Positions 12,866 to 24,829 of a stretch of DNA of 64,000 bases are shown in pieces; position 1 is the stretch's first letter, and every line of letters starts with the position of its first letter. The notes below the pieces were generated by a model, which was given only the letters and a program-made list of their open reading frames with translations, did no database searches and was not told the DNA's origin. Position numbers and translations under genes: made by a program. Origin of the DNA: Macrostomum lignano (lineage: Eukaryota); the NCBI GenBank assembly GCA_002269645.1, contig NIVC01002918.1, positions 1-64,000 on the forward strand, written 5' to 3'.

Positions 12866-13240
12866 AATACCGACGTCTCGCTAATCACAGCGACGGTAAT
12901 GTTTGGATCCTCGTCCACCAGAGCCCTGACAGCAGCGATGTTGGCTTCGGTCACAGCTGTGCTGGGTCGTCCAGACCGGGGGTCGTCGTTCAAGGAGGCC
13001 CGTCCGGCGTTGATGGACTCTATCCACCTGGCGACCGTGCGATAGGAAGGGGCTTGGTCCCCGACTACCTGGACCAGGTCTGCATGGATTTTGACCGCGC
13101 TTTCTCCGAGTCGTGAGCGCAAGAAAACGTAGAATTGCCACTGGTCTGGTTGCACTGGCTCCATTTTTGGCAGATTGTAAAACACCACCTTGCGTTGGCC
13201 ACGCACAAGTATAACACATTCGAGGGAAAAAAGTCATACT
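12866..13240 (-). mobile_element. Mariner (Tc1/mariner) transposase N-terminal double-HTH fragment
   Basis: MEP...GESAVKIHADLVQVVGDQAPSYRTVARW...SLNDDPRSGRPSTAVT.ANIAAVRALVDEDPNITV is the mariner PAI/RED signature; ATG at 13164; the DDD domain is absent. Confidence 0.88.
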
Positions 13241-13316
13241 CTATGGTTAAAACCAATATATGTCGGCGATTTCGTAAAAAAATTTCATCGCTTTGTGATA
13301 TGTACTTTTAGAGATA

Positions 13317-13979
13317 TTAGGTCAGTTGCCAAAACTTTTTGAATGCCCCTCGTAGGAACCCTCTCACCCAATTTATGTAATCTGATTTAGACTGATCCTG
13401 CGTCTCCTGCGTCTCCTGCGGCTGCTCCTGCTCCAGCTCGGCTGGTCGTAGCGCCTGCTGCTGCTGCTGCTCGAGCTCGGCCGGTTGTAGCGCCTGCTGC
13501 TGCTGCTGCTGCTCGCGCTCGGCCGGTTGTAGCGCCTGCTGCTGCTGCTGCTGCTCGCGCTCGGCCGGTTGTAGCGCCTGCTGCTGCTGCTGCTGCTGCT
13601 GCTCGGCTTGGTGCCACGTTGCAGGATGCGGTGGCAGTGGTCGGCCATTAACAATCTCTGTGCGGGCCACAGCTAGATAGGCTCGTGCGTACTCGCGTGC
13701 CTGCACTTGATGCTCTTTGCCCTTTATGGGCTTTCCCTTATGCTCATCGAGCTCCGGGTGGTGGCTTCTGTAGTGCGAGCGGAGCAGAACGCACGCCTCT
13801 CTACACACACAGCACATGCCGTGACCAGAGGTAACTGATCGCTCGAAGGTCGCAAACCATAAGGTCGCTGCGTCATCTTCGACGCGATGATCTGGGTGTC
13901 GACTTCTAGCATGGCATGCCAAGTTGTCTTTTCGCATTTCCGCTTCGCAGATGACGCAGTTTACATGGATTGATGGCAT
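13317..13979 (-). CDS. Intact intronless 220-aa protein: two C2H2-type Zn fingers, RPLPPHPxxWH motif, polyQ repeats
   Basis: CVIC.AEMRKDNLACHARSRH and CCVC...HYRSHH; ATG to stop is open; paralogs elsewhere in the window. Confidence 0.8.
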   Translation of the reverse strand: MPSIHVNCVICEAEMRKDNLACHARSRHPDHRVEDDAATLWFATFERSVTSGHGMCCVCREACVLLRSHYRSHHPELDEHKGKPIKGKEHQVQAREYARAYLAVARTEIVNGRPLPPHPATWHQAEQQQQQQQQALQPAEREQQQQQQALQPAEREQQQQQQALQPAELEQQQQQALRPAELEQEQPQETQETQDQSKSDYINWVRGFLRGAFKKFWQLT

Positions 13980-14397
13980 GATCGCTGTTCGCTGAGGGTG
14001 AAAGGTTTCGCACGAACTATTCCTATCCGATTTGCCGGGCAGGAATGTGAAAGAAATATACCAATAGTAAAGATATTAAAAGATTGATCGATTTAAATAC
14101 ATTTCAATCTCAATCAAAGACTGATTAATTGAGTGATAATCAGTCAATCAGTCAACCAGTCAATCATTCAATCTGTCAATCAGTCAGTCAATCATTAAAT
14201 AAATTAGTCAATCAGTCAATCAGTCAATCAATGTTTTGATGCTGTCCCTCTTTTGTCCTTATTTTGTCTTGGGCCGCCCCCGTGGCCGACCCACAGGGCC
14301 CACCCCCCCCCCGATTTATAATACAGTACAGTAAAAGTTTTTGTAATTTTAGAAAGCTTAATATCAACATTTGAATATGATTGCAATTTCTAACGAC

Positions 14398-14435
14398 TTT
14401 AACGCGTTTCGCACGCCATGGTGCATCGTCAGGAT
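14398..14435 (-). ncRNA. Minimal Penelope-type hammerhead ribozyme core
   Basis: CTGACGA-T-GCAC(CATGGC)GTGC-GAAA-CGCGT; palindromic stem III; stem I pairing is poor. Confidence 0.6.
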
Positions 14436-15060
14436 TTTATTAGAACGATTTGAGAAATTGAGATTGAAAGCGATTGATTAAATATTGGTTTTTGCAACGT
14501 ACACAGGTAAGGAGGGTAAGATTGAAAACAATTGATTACAACTTGGCTTTAACAACATACATAGGTATAGTAGGTAGGAGAGAGAATTATAGATTAAGAT
14601 TGAAAGTTAAACCAAATGTACACAATTCTTGTCCAGTGGTCAAAAGGCAGAATCAGGGGCGGTAGCTAGCTTAGGTAATTGAACGTCAAGCTAAGTGTAC
14701 AAAGCGTGCACGACTGTGTCACTCACTGTTCAGAAAACGCGGAGAACGTGACCTGCACCACTATGTTGTAATTGGGTGTTGAGATTCGAGGTCTGAGCTT
14801 TAATGTGCAGGGCCTCGAGAATTCTAAGTTTGGCGTCAGTATGGCTTTGGTCAATGATTTTAAAGTGTTCTTCTGGTTTGCAGTCATTGCAGTTAGTGCA
14901 TTCAAGGAGGTGAGTTTGTATAGCAGATGGTTTGAGCCAGTGTTCCCTGATCCTCGTGTGTAGGTGTCTTTTGGTTTTCCCCACGTAGGAGACGCTCTGG
15001 TCCACAGAGCAGTTAAATTGGTAGACAACACCTGCACGCAGAGTACAAGGAACACGCGAC
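14400..15060 (-). mobile_element. Penelope-like element 3' fragment (GIY-YIG endonuclease + 3'UTR)
   Basis: VVYQFNC...SYVGKTKRHLHTRIREH...LRILEALHIK...LNTQ; hammerhead core in the downstream UTR. Confidence 0.88.
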
Positions 15061-15290
15061 TTTAATCTGCTAACAAAGTTCCCAATCTTGTTCGTGTGGA
15101 AGACGACCCGGATGTTACGATTGAAAGAGGCAAAGAATTGCCTCTTTCAATTGCCTGCATTGTAATTTTGATAGGTTATCTGCTAATTATTCGAAATCAA
15201 TCAAATCGGCCACTTTCGCTTCAACGCACGCCTTGTTGGCACAGTTTTTTCCTTCAACTCCTTAATTTCGACAATTTATTCATACTATAC
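15060..15290 (-). pseudogene. Third fragment of the JmjC gene (C-terminal part)
   Basis: 15160-15262 is homologous to 12170-12265, immediately downstream of JmjC copy 1. Confidence 0.65.
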
Positions 15291-15816
15291 TAATTGATAA
15301 TTAAAAGAGCAGCGTGTATTGCGATAAAATTTAGACTGATAAAATAATTACATCGAAAATTATTGAAATATTAATAATAAGCACAGGATTCAAACAAGCA
15401 AACAATAAGCATACAAGTAAGCAAACAAATAAGTAAATATTTTACATTATATAGTATTAGTATATACATTATGCATTATTTACATCATACATTATACATT
15501 ATGCGTTATATATACACAGGGGCGTAGCCAGGAATTATGTTTGGGGGGCGTGAGTTAGGAAGCGCCAGTTTCTTTATAGGGGGGAGGGCTGCCAGTTTTT
15601 TTATAGGGAGGCACCAATTTTTTTAATGGGGGGGCGCCAATTTCTTTATAGGAGGGGGGCAGTTTATAGGGTTAGGGCGCCAGTTTCTTTATGGGGGGCG
15701 CCAGGAAAGCGGCAGCATTTCCAAAGGGGCGGTAAACCGCAGTTCTGGGGGGGGGGGCGCGACGTGAAGTTGATTTTAATAAGTGAAATGGGGGGCGTTG
15801 CAGACGTTGCAGACCT

Positions 15817-16140
15817 AGTCCCTGGCGTTCTTGATTGCCTCTTGAAATTGACAAGTCCAACGGAGAAGCATCACTGGCGCCAGGCGGATCGCTTGCTTCT
15901 TCGAGATCGGCCCAAATTTGCTCCCGTTGACATCTTCTCCCTGTAAGCTGTCGGGCTAGGGTAGATCGGGCTTTGGCTTGTAGGATCACGGTAGAGTACA
16001 AAATTTCGAATCTTGTTTTCGATGATCCTCCTAACTCGACGTTCGACTTTCGTTCGACGTTCGACGTTCGACGTTCGACGTTCCATTGCTGATGAGCAGA
16101 AAATTTGTTAAAAGGAGAATAGCTGGTAAAGGCACACGAA
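15817..16140 (-). repeat. Dispersed repeat X, copy 1 (copies at 20325-20540 + and 39515-39810 -); coding-like, contains PLDLS
   Basis: Near-identical segments at three places; (TTCGACG)n expansion at 16035-16082 only in this copy. Confidence 0.85.
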
Positions 16141-16480
16141 GGCTCGAATAAACTAAATATCCTAAGTAGTATCTCGAGTGTATGCTTAAGAAAATAATTT
16201 TCGCCCAGAAAATTGTCTGCGCAGCAGATAGGCAGGCATATTTGGAGTGAGAAAGTATTTGAGCACAGTTTAGCAGCGGCTTGGCCTGAATGCGCTCACA
16301 AAAACTGAACTTCCACTTTGCTTCAGCTGTACAAATTCATTGCAGGGTTGCGAGTTGCAGCAACTCCACTGTACACGGGGTGTTCTGAACTTCTCCCTGT
16401 CTGTGTTCGTTTCACGTTCATTTTGTTTATTCGTCCGAGTTTCACACCCGCGGCAAAACTGCGCTGTTCGCGTGAAGAAC

Positions 16481-16873
16481 GCGTTCGCCTCCCGATATCT
16501 ACGACGGCATGAGTTCGTCTGCGAATATGCTGGCGAGCTTATAGAGTCGCGAAAGTTCATTGACCAGCGTGTCGAGCACTACGAACAACATGGCCTCGAC
16601 ACCTGGTACATTTGTGAGGTTGTGCATCACTAAAAAAACTACGCGATTGACGCGCAGTACACCGAGCGACTCGGCCGCTTTCTGAATCACTCAAGGAGAA
16701 GTCCGAACTGTGTTGCCAGAATCATTTCAGTGCCTGTGGCCTACAAAACGTGCCGCCCCGCACTTTACTTCATTACGAATCGTGCGGTCGATAAGGGCGA
16801 GGAACTGCTGTTTGATTACGGCCCAGATGACCGAGAGACAATTAAAGCATGCACATGGCTTATTGACCGTTAA
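16481..16873 (+). pseudogene. SETD8/PR-Set7-like SET domain, copy 1 (in-frame TAA at 16631)
   Basis: EFVCEYAGELI...YAIDA..TERLGRFLNHSRRSPNC...LYFITNRAVDKGEELLFDYG...CTWL; lacks the N-terminal GxG motif. Confidence 0.88.
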
Positions 16874-16930
16874 ATGTTGTTGCCTGACCCTAAACATTGC
16901 TCAAACTAATTTCACAGCGCTTGGGGCCCC

Positions 16931-17968
16931 CCATGCACTTGCTGCTAATGCTTGAGCTACACCAACGGCTCCATTATTTCTAACGCCTACATTCTAATTC
17001 TTACTTACTCGATACCTTCTTAACAAATGATGCTGCACCATTTATGACGAGGTGACAACAAACAATGAAACTCAATCTGAAACGTGCGAAATTTAACAGT
17101 CCCAGACTTCTATTGTTCCTATTAAATTTGAAACAGTGGGACAAGGCCTCCTGCAGAGCAGCCCATAGAAATCTGAAACGTGCGAAATTTAACAGTCCCA
17201 GACTTCTTTTGTTCCTATAAAATTTGAAACAGCGGGACAAGGCCTCTTGCAGAGCAGGCCCATTGAAATTTTCTGGTGCCCAAGCTAATATTGGCTTTTA
17301 GAGGATTAACACATACCGTACAGGCCTAATTTTGCGCTCTATTCCTAAATATTTACACGTTGCTAACTGAGCGCAGGGCTACAACATAAAACTAAACATT
17401 ATGGAAACGCTTGCGTAAATAAGCGAAAATCGGTATCCTACAAGGCAACACGCGAATAATTCGATAAGCTAAGCGGGAGGGAATTAAGCAATCACGGTCA
17501 AATGGTCAATCCACCACTCAGCGGGGGTTAAAAGGGAGACTGACTACTAGTAAATAGACCTTCTCGGTTCTGTAGTCTATGATTGCGTGAGTGCCAGCTA
17601 GAAAAGCGCTGCCCTGACCCTAACGGCCTGCGTGTGAAAACATTCAAGGCTTATTTCTGAAAGTCATTTAGTTCCAATCTATTGTTACTATGGTTGAAGG
17701 TTACAGTTGAGGGACTTTCTATTCATATATTTTCCAATAATTGCTTGTGTTGTTAACCTTTAAAATTCGTCGAGATTTGTTACTATTTGGCTATGACGCA
17801 TTCACTCTGCTAGTTTCGTATCACCATTGTCTTGTAAACTTTTGGCAATACTAATTGCTTAAATGGCTTTCGACAAGCATAAAGGTCAAAGGTCAAACGC
17901 TGTTGTTATGTCATGCACGCGCACATGGAGATCGATATTTATGCATACACATAGTCAAATATAGACCC
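16931..17968 (+). repeat. ~1-kb repeat, inverted copy at 35507-36427
   Basis: Colinear reverse-complement similarity; this copy has an extra ~95-bp internal tandem duplication (17075-17255). Confidence 0.9.
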
Positions 17969-18312
17969 TAACCCAAACCCAAACCCTAACCCTAACCCTA
18001 ACCCTTCCCATATTTCCCATAGTTGACAATGACCCCCCGCTCATAACGATGATCCATAATATGACCGCAGATCTCCCAGATCCATATGTTACATCTATAT
18101 ATTTAGCCAGAGTGGTAAAATATCATCCCTAGCTGACACTTTATTCCCAGTAGACATTTTATTCCCAGCAGCCAATTTAGCTCCAACTAACAATCCTCAG
18201 ATGAAATTTCAAACAGAATTTTATTTGCTCTTGTAAATCTCAAAGTGTCCAATTATTTGTATATATTAAATTTTAAATACTACGATTGTAATTAATTATA
18301 CGAAGAGCTTAC

Positions 18313-18590
18313 CTTTTTAGCTTTTCGATTTCGTCTGCGAATCGATGCCAGGTCGACGGATGAGTCGGCATCTCAGCATCCGTCTGGAGCGCCTTTCTCG
18401 CTATAGGCACATATGCAACAGCAAATTGCCTTGCCAGCCTTTTGTGAGGCTTGCCTTGTAAAACAATACCATTCCATAACTTCACTCCTGTGTGACGAAA
18501 GTAATGTGGCGAATACTGAATATATTTTATATTCTTTATTGATATGATAAGAGTGCAGTAAGAGTACGTCCATACGGCGAAAGCAGCGCA
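18313..18590 (-). pseudogene. Diverged exon of the double-C2H2 family (not in the ORF-track frame)
   Basis: PHYFRHTGVKLWNGIVLQGKPHKRLARQFAVAYVPIARKALQTDAEMPTHPSTWHRF aligns with HYRHHH...NGQSMKGPAHIRLVRDYAQAYVPAARQAIQQDRPLPPHPSKWHRF; donor GTAAG at 18312. Confidence 0.75.
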
Positions 18591-19749
18591 ATCACATTTA
18601 AAAAGTAGGTAAGTAAATAGGGATTAACATCCATCGTAAAAAAGTAAATATATAGACATATTACTGATACAATAAATTTTACTTAAGCATGTAAATATAA
18701 TAACTTTTAATTGGCTTTTGCCTCATTTTTAACTCAAAAAATATTTTTTCCTCTTCGCTAACCAACTAACTAACTAAGATAAGTAATAAGGCGCTTCAGC
18801 CATTGGATAGGCTCTTACGCCACTAGGAAATAATTAGATTTCAGGTTGGGAGTGTACTAATCATGTACACTAAGTTCCTAAGCTAGGCTAAAAGAGACTG
18901 CAGTGACCATCAAGCCGAGCAGGCGACACCAGTCGGGCTGAGGGCGGGCCCTACCCCCAGCTGTCGGGGCGTCGCACCTACTCCAAACCACAAAACTAAA
19001 CCTCCCCAAGGCTATCAGGGGTCGATTGAACCTCGGAGGCAGCCCGTGTCTTCTCCTGGGATAGTGTACCTCCATATTATAGTCCGAAGACCTCCCCACG
19101 GCCGTGGCAACCCGGAGGAGCCTCCCCACCTACTGAACCCCGGGTACTCTTTGCCAAGACAGTCTCTTATCTTTGAAGCGACAGGAGGGCTGTTCGCCGG
19201 GACTATTTCACCCTTTGCTCCGCCAACCCGTCTTTTAAATTAGGGGCCGTGCCAACGGCCTCGTCCTGGTCAGACTCAGTCCTGGTTTTGGCCCACTCCA
19301 GCTTAAAGCTAGCCGTTCACCAGCAGACACTCCGAGGGAGACCGTCAGAGCATAAACGGATTTATGCCTGTTTTAAATAGTAGGCCTTTTTAAAACTTAC
19401 AAATACTATTTACTCTTTCAAATTAAAAAATACCAATATGCTTTTTTATTCTTCTTGCAACTCTTCCAATAATGCACTATTCCCCTGTACTTAGTAGGTC
19501 CAAATCTTTGTCATTGAACCCTTCTCTATCAGTCCCCCCTCTATTACCTAGTACATATCTTCTTTTTATACACAAAAATAACCGAAATCTCTTATTTCTT
19601 ACTCAAAACAAATATCTCGCTTCAAATTAATTACATCGGCAGAGCCCTTATATCTGGGCTGAACCGAGGGCCCCAACTTAGCCCTGATCGTTTATTAATA
19701 ATAAATATAATAGCTATACATATATGCAATACTGTAAGAGGACAAAAAT

Positions 19750-20049
19750 AATAACACCGTCTCACCTGGATGCTCGCGCCGGTAGTGGTCTCGAATGCTG
19801 GCACTCAGAGCGGCGTGGTGCAGATCATGCACATAACGCCGCTCTCTACCCGAACCTTGTGCTCCATCGTGCTGAACGAACGAAGGTCGGCAAACCTTCG
19901 GTAGATCGGTTAAGACGGTTAAGATCGGTTAGGCACGTTAAGACGAACTTAGAATGGTTCGTCTTAACGTGCCGCTGTAGGTTATCTAACCTCATTTGCT
20001 TGCAGCAAAGGGCGCACTCTTTATCTATCGTTTTCTTTTTCTCTGCCAT
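19750..20049 (-). pseudogene. Double-C2H2 family pseudogene
   Basis: CALCCKQMRLDNLQRHVKTNH, then across frameshifts EHKVRVESGVMCMIC and IRDHYRREHP. Confidence 0.8.
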
Positions 20050-20144
20050 TTTCGTGCAAAGAAATTACTTAACTTCGATTTTACTGCGAGTGCCTTTACT
20101 TATATACCCTAACCCTAACCCTGACCCTAAATTTTTAGGAGTTG

Positions 20145-20275
20145 CCAACCAATAGGAACTTGCCAACCAATAGGAACTTGCCAACCAATCTTGCCAACCA
20201 ATAGGAACTTGCCAACCAATCTTGCCAACCAATAGGAACTTGCCAACCAATCTTGCCAACCAATAGGAAATGTCT
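20145..20275. repeat. Tandem CCAAT-containing 18/13-bp repeats upstream of the 20049 ATG
   Basis: TTGCCAACCAATAGGAAC / TTGCCAACCAATC units, directly visible. Confidence 0.85.
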
Positions 20276-20909
20276 CGCTTAGCAGTCAGCCAAAAGGCAA
20301 TAATTAATTATCAATCTCACACCCGAAAACAAGATTCGAAATTTTGTACTCTACCGTGGTCCTACAAGCCAAAGCCCGATCTACCCTAGCCCGACAGCTT
20401 ACAGGGAAAAGATGTCAACGGGAGCAACTTTAGGCCGATCTCGAAGAAGCAAGCGATCCGCCTGGCGCCAGTGATGCTTCTCCGTTGGACTTGTCAATTT
20501 CAAGAGGCAATCAAGAACGCCAGAGACTACTAGGTCTAGGGTTTGCTTGTTTGAATCACTTACTTATATTATTATTTCGCTTTAATTATTTTATCAATCT
20601 AACTTATTACGCATCATATTTTTAGCTGTTTACTGCCTTTGTAATTACACATTTTTATACATGTATTAAAAATACGCGCTGCTCTTTTACATGTAATTAT
20701 CAATTTATCTGGTATTAATTAATTGTCATACTAGAAGACCATGAAATTCGTGTCGCAGTTTTTGCCTTCTTATCTCTTTTTCAAGCGTGTTTATTATGCA
20801 CAGGAACTGCTGGCTACTTAGTAGAAAAATTAGATAGAAATTTAGTAAATTTTCTAAGAAATTTAAATAGTAAGTAGCGTGCGGTAAGGCTGATTGATGA
20901 TACTCTACC

Positions 20910-21250
20910 AAATGCCACTGAGTCCTCGGGGGTGAAGACTGCATGGATCCACCCTGCTGGCACCAGCAATGTGTCTCTTGGCTGCAGCACAACACGGTAG
21001 ACTGGGCCTGTTGCTGTTTCGTCCAGGAAAGTATCCGAGTCGGCAGCTTGCCAGTGCTCATATGCGCGGATGTTTCGCTCAGTAGGCAGCATTAGATAAA
21101 AAAATTTACAGGCGCTGGCTAGCGTGAACTAAATGTCGCTTCCACCTAGATCTATGTGAAAATTGGTAAATGATTTCTTCGCACTGATCAGCACTGATTC
21201 TGGAACAGCTGATTCTAAGCGGCATAAATTATTAATGCTAAATTTGGTGA
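20910..21250 (-). pseudogene. KDM2/7-like JmjC domain, copy 2 (premature TAG, 3' truncated)
   Basis: Highly similar to 12520-12860; ends after EDSVAFG. Confidence 0.9.
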
Positions 21251-22649
21251 ATAGTTCCGGCGTTTAAATATTTTCAAACGCCGTTCCCTGCTTTTTAATA
21301 TTTAAAAATTTCATTACCTTACCTTGCCTTGCCCTACCTCTCTGACTGAAATAAATTAAGCAATCACTTATTGAAATTTCAATGCTATCCTGTAAATCGC
21401 AGTCGATCGTCTTAATTTGTGCATTACCTAGATTGACTGATTGACTGATTGACTGATTGACTGATTGACTGATTGACTGATTGACTGATTGACCGAGTAT
21501 CACTCAATTAATCACCAGTCTTTGGTTGAGATTGAGATTTATTTAAATCAATCAATCTTTCATTATCTTTGATAGATTAACAATAGGGACAATCTAGGCA
21601 ACAAAACAATGGGCCGTAAAGACGCCGTTGTCTGGCCCCAAGCCCAGAATGAAAAAGTCTGAGGGCGGCACTCTCTGCTTCAGGAATTTACAGTCTCTAT
21701 GTCTCTCTCTGTACTTGAGGCTTATCTATCTATTTCAATCAGAATTTTGTGGGGATCGCTAAAATTGACATGCATTTACAGAGTACAGCGTACAGAGTAC
21801 AGCGTACAGAGTACAGTGTACAGAGTACAGCGCGTACTATCCTAACTATCCTGAAAACAACTTTAGATCCCCCGCCTACCACTTGCGCTACAACATATAC
21901 ACAAATGGGAGTCAGGTAAATACATTTTCCTACTTGAATTTTAAGCAACAAATCAAAGAAAAATATTTTAGTTACTGTGTTCGCATCTCAATCTGATCTT
22001 TGACTGCTTTTGGATCTTGAGATAATGCCAGTACCGATGACGCGCGTCCAGATGACGCAACCGAGCGTGTGTCAGCAGCAGTCTACAAAAATCGGTAAAA
22101 TTTGGTGGAATACTGAGAGATGGAGCCTGATGAATCACAGACAGTGAAGGTATGTATGCAAAATAAAAAAAGTCATGCATCATCAGCAGATCAAAATGCA
22201 CGCACGCCAAAACCTCCCAAAATCTCAAAACCCAAATCCTTTAAATTACATTACCTTTACTGTAATTACTGATGCGCTTTGTTTTTTACTTACATTCATG
22301 AATTTGAAGTAAGAAAAATAGCACTTCAGACCCCCCTTCAGTTCAGTGGGACAGGAAGAACCCTTATTGCACAAAATTGTCATGAAATCCCCCTTCAGAC
22401 AATGAAAAGCAGAAAATGAAAGATTAAACCAGTTAATACCACCGGATGACTGGGCTTTTAACATAGAGTCATACATAGACAGCAGTGTTGGAACATTTTT
22501 CAAAGGAGGGCTATTGGTGGGGGGGCACTTCGCACATTATTTTTTTAATCTAAGGGCACCCTAACTCTCGCTGTTATGATGTCAGTTTGTGACATTGTGA
22601 CAACCAGGCCAATATTCAATTGTGTTGAAAGTAGTAATAAAAAGTGTGA

Positions 22650-22880
22650 AATGCTCCTCTCCTCTCTCATCTCCTTCCATCTCTTCTCCTCTCTCCTCTT
22701 CTCTTTCCTCTCCTCTCTCATCCCATCTCATATCCTCACCTCTTTCCCTTCCTCTCATCTCCATTTTCTTCTCCATTCTCTTCTCCCTTCTCTCCTCTCT
22801 CCTCATTCATCTCCCTTCTCTCAACCCTATCCTTTTTCATCTCTCATCTCGCCTCCTATCTTCTCCTTTATTTCTTCGCC
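22650..22880. repeat. Degenerate polypyrimidine (TCTCC)n tract
   Basis: Direct reading. Confidence 0.8.
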
Positions 22881-23799
22881 TCCTTTCACCTATGCTCATA
22901 TTTATTCTCTATTCCTTATCCTGTCTCCCTCGTCTGCATGGCCCGCAGTCATCAGGACTACTGGGCCCGCTTCGCTTAAGGGACCCAGCGAAGCGGACTC
23001 AGAAGGGCAGTCATGAGCTGGGTTCTCAATTCGGCCCTTGATGACTGAGGTAACAAGTTTGCTGACCCCTGCACTAAAAGCACTAGGCACATTAGATAAA
23101 AACTAATGAAATGGGAATGGGATGGGATGGAATGGGATGGAGAACAACATCAACTATTATATACAGTGGCGTAGGCACCGGTATGGGAATGTATCCTTCC
23201 GTGGGCCTGGTCGGTGGGTGTAAGAAATTAGGAAAGCATAGTGCATGCTAGTGCAGCAAGTCAAAAACGATTTTCATTTACTAAAGCATTCAGTAGAAAT
23301 TTTTTTTGAATAACGTTTTCACAAAATTGTGAAATTTTCATAGAATTGGAAACTTGACTGGCCGTCCATAGCTACCCAGCACCTACGTATTTGATTTATG
23401 GCACTTAATTTTCCTGTGAAATTGGGCCAGCAAGTACAAGTAGCAGCAGCTACTCGTATTCCTGCATCCCCCGGGAGAAATTCCTGGCTAAGCCCCTGAT
23501 TATATGTCCACATACCCGATTGAGGGTGATGGCCATTATTAACTTTTAACACTTTTTTAAATTTTTGATGTACCCTCCGAAAAAACATTAAAAAGACCCA
23601 GAAAAGCCAAAGCCCAAAACGGGCCAACACTTGTTTACAATTCAAAAAGGGCATTCGCAGGATCATGCCAAAAAGTGGTCCGACACCCTGGTCATAGACT
23701 AATTATACTTGTTTTCTGTTAAAAATGTTATCTATTAAAGCTGGAACTAATAAACTAAACAAAAGCAAAAAATAAAGCAAAAAGGAAGCAAAAAACTCA

Positions 23800-24210
23800 C
23801 ATCTTGCTGGCTCGCTGCCCGCTCAATGAATCGATGCCACTTCGAAGGATGCGGTGGCAAAGGGCGATCCTGCTGAATGGCCTGTCGCGCTGCAGGCACG
23901 TATGCCTGCGCATAGTCACGGACAAGCCGTATATGAGCTGGACCCTTCATGGACTGGCCGTTGTGCTGCACTACGTCTGCGTGGTGGTGTCGGTAGTGGT
24001 CGCGCATCTGCTGGCTTCTAGGCAATCAGCAATGCAGCACATGCCAGCATTTTCGACCCGCACTTTGTGCTCAAAGATAAGGAACCATCGCAGTTCATGA
24101 ACGCGATGTAGGAACGCTTTGTGCATTAAGCCGCAATGGCGCTTGAGATTGTCAAGCCTCATTCTCTGGCCGCAGAGCGCACATTCTTTACTTTTTTCGT
24201 TAGATGCCAT
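23800..24210 (-). pseudogene. Double-C2H2 family paralog with one frameshift near 24020
   Basis: MASNEKSKECALCGQRMRLDNLKRHCGLMH...CCIADC / MRDHYRHHH...RPLPPHPSKWH; donor GTGAGT near 23800. Confidence 0.85.
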
Positions 24211-24829
24211 GCCAATCGGCAAATACAATTAAAAGCCAAAGGATCGATTTGGTAGCTTTATTATATAGCAGTTAAAACTGGACATCTACATGACATTGGT
24301 CGCTTATCCAATTGACGGAGCTTTGACCCTATACATACATATTTGGCTGTCTACAATTGGCTAGAAAGTGGGGTGGGGTCAGTGGGGTGGGGTCGTAGTT
24401 GGGGTCTCTTTCGCACGTTGCACCCAAAGAAAAGAGTTGTGAAAACAAAAGATTAGTAGCATGAGAAAGTTATAGAGTGAGTTGCTTAGGAAACGGAAGG
24501 GGGACAACGGGGTCGAGTATGGTTGAGAAAAAGGGTCAGTAAAGCCAGAGAGGTAGAGATGGATGAAAATATGAGACACAACTGAGATAGAAGATCTATC
24601 AATCATCTATCAATCTATCATCTATCATCTATCAATCTATCAATCTATCAATCATTTATTCCGTCAATCAATCATCAATGTTTTGTTGCCTATGCTGTCC
24701 CTCTTTTGTCCTTATTTGCCCCCTATCTTGGGCCGTCCCGTGGCCGACCCTAACCCTAACCTTAATTAACCCTAACCCACCGATAAAATAATGTTTTATG
24801 GTTTCTTCAATAGAACTCAGAAGCCGTTG

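Noticed and set aside
16088-16110. CTGATGAG hammerhead-like start (also 39762)
   Set aside because: No stem II followed by GAAA.
17968-18005. Telomeric (CCCTAA)n tracts (also 7293, 20107, 24748)
   Set aside because: Only 2-5 imperfect units, interstitial; no evidence of a chromosome end or fusion.
22246-22503. ORF as an upstream JmjC exon
   Set aside because: It has a GTAAGT donor but no convincing KDM motif, and it partly overlaps a MITE-like end.
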